A stretch of DNA of 64,000 nucleotides. Source: Girardia tigrina. Lineage: Eukaryota. The number at the start of each line of letters is the position of its first letter. Positions within the stretch are counted from its first letter, which is position 1. Where the stretch lies: contig MQRK01250698.1 of NCBI GenBank assembly GCA_001938485.1, forward strand, positions 11,518-75,517. The letters run 5' to 3'. The position numbers were made by a program, and so were the translations under genes. Shown piece after piece: positions 63,412 to 64,000 of the stretch. Below the pieces are notes generated by a model. That model saw nothing but the letters and a program-made list of their open reading frames with translations, had not been told where the DNA came from and did no database searches.

Positions 63412-64000
63412 TTTTATTAAGGTGATGTTCACCTAAATAATTTTGTAATGATTGTTGGGCGTCTGGAAACGCTGTGAACGAGAAAAACGCCCTGCTGGAT
63501 TAAAATAGTCAATTGTACAATAAATATTTAAAAGATTTTCCTGGAAAAATACACAGATAAAAAATTGAATAAAGGAAAATTATACAAGTTTTTTTATTAA
63601 TTAATATAAAAAAAAAGTTTTTTCTTTTATTCGAGTTATTGTTGGAATTTGGGTTTGAGTTTCTGGTTGAAAAAGGTTGGTTGATGAATTGATTAGATTT
63701 GTATTTTGTTGGGGAGTGACAACGAACACAACATATTCATTTTCCATTTTTGATATTTTCCGATGTTTTCTAACCTCCATTTTTTATCCAGATTTTTTTC
63801 TATATTTTTTTTAAATTTCATTTACTGGAGTAATTTTCGTTCTCAAGTGCAAAACTTAATTTTATTTTATTAATTTTCTCGAATAATTTGTTATTATCTC
63901 TTTTTTTTATTTATCAGATTTCACTATTATTTTTGGGCGAATTATCAATACAATTACCGACTTATTCAACATTTTCTAGAATTTTAGTAATGATATTGTG

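Overview
Very AT-rich, transposon-saturated eukaryotic (metazoan-like) scaffold with several N gaps. The SF3B6 protein and the TE repertoire (Tc1, mariner, pogo, hAT, piggyBac MITEs, Ty3/Gypsy, RTE, Penelope, RLE non-LTR) would fit an invertebrate such as a planarian flatworm, but that assignment is inference only. Intact host-type ORFs are few: three near-identical single-ORF choline-phosphate cytidylyltransferase (CCT/PCYT1-like) paralogs that keep only the catalytic domain, and an intronless SF3B6/p14 with a non-canonical RNP2 residue. Most of the rest is decayed mobile DNA. Three copies plus LTR relics of one Gypsy family show a conserved -1 frameshift signal (G GGA AAC + hairpin) followed by an unusual Cys-rich gag-pol linker. 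Other structures: a ~1 kb inverted duplication, a chimeric pogo, a dense cluster of short palindromes, and a second retroelement with a GC-rich 42-bp tandem array between a PBS-like site and the protease.
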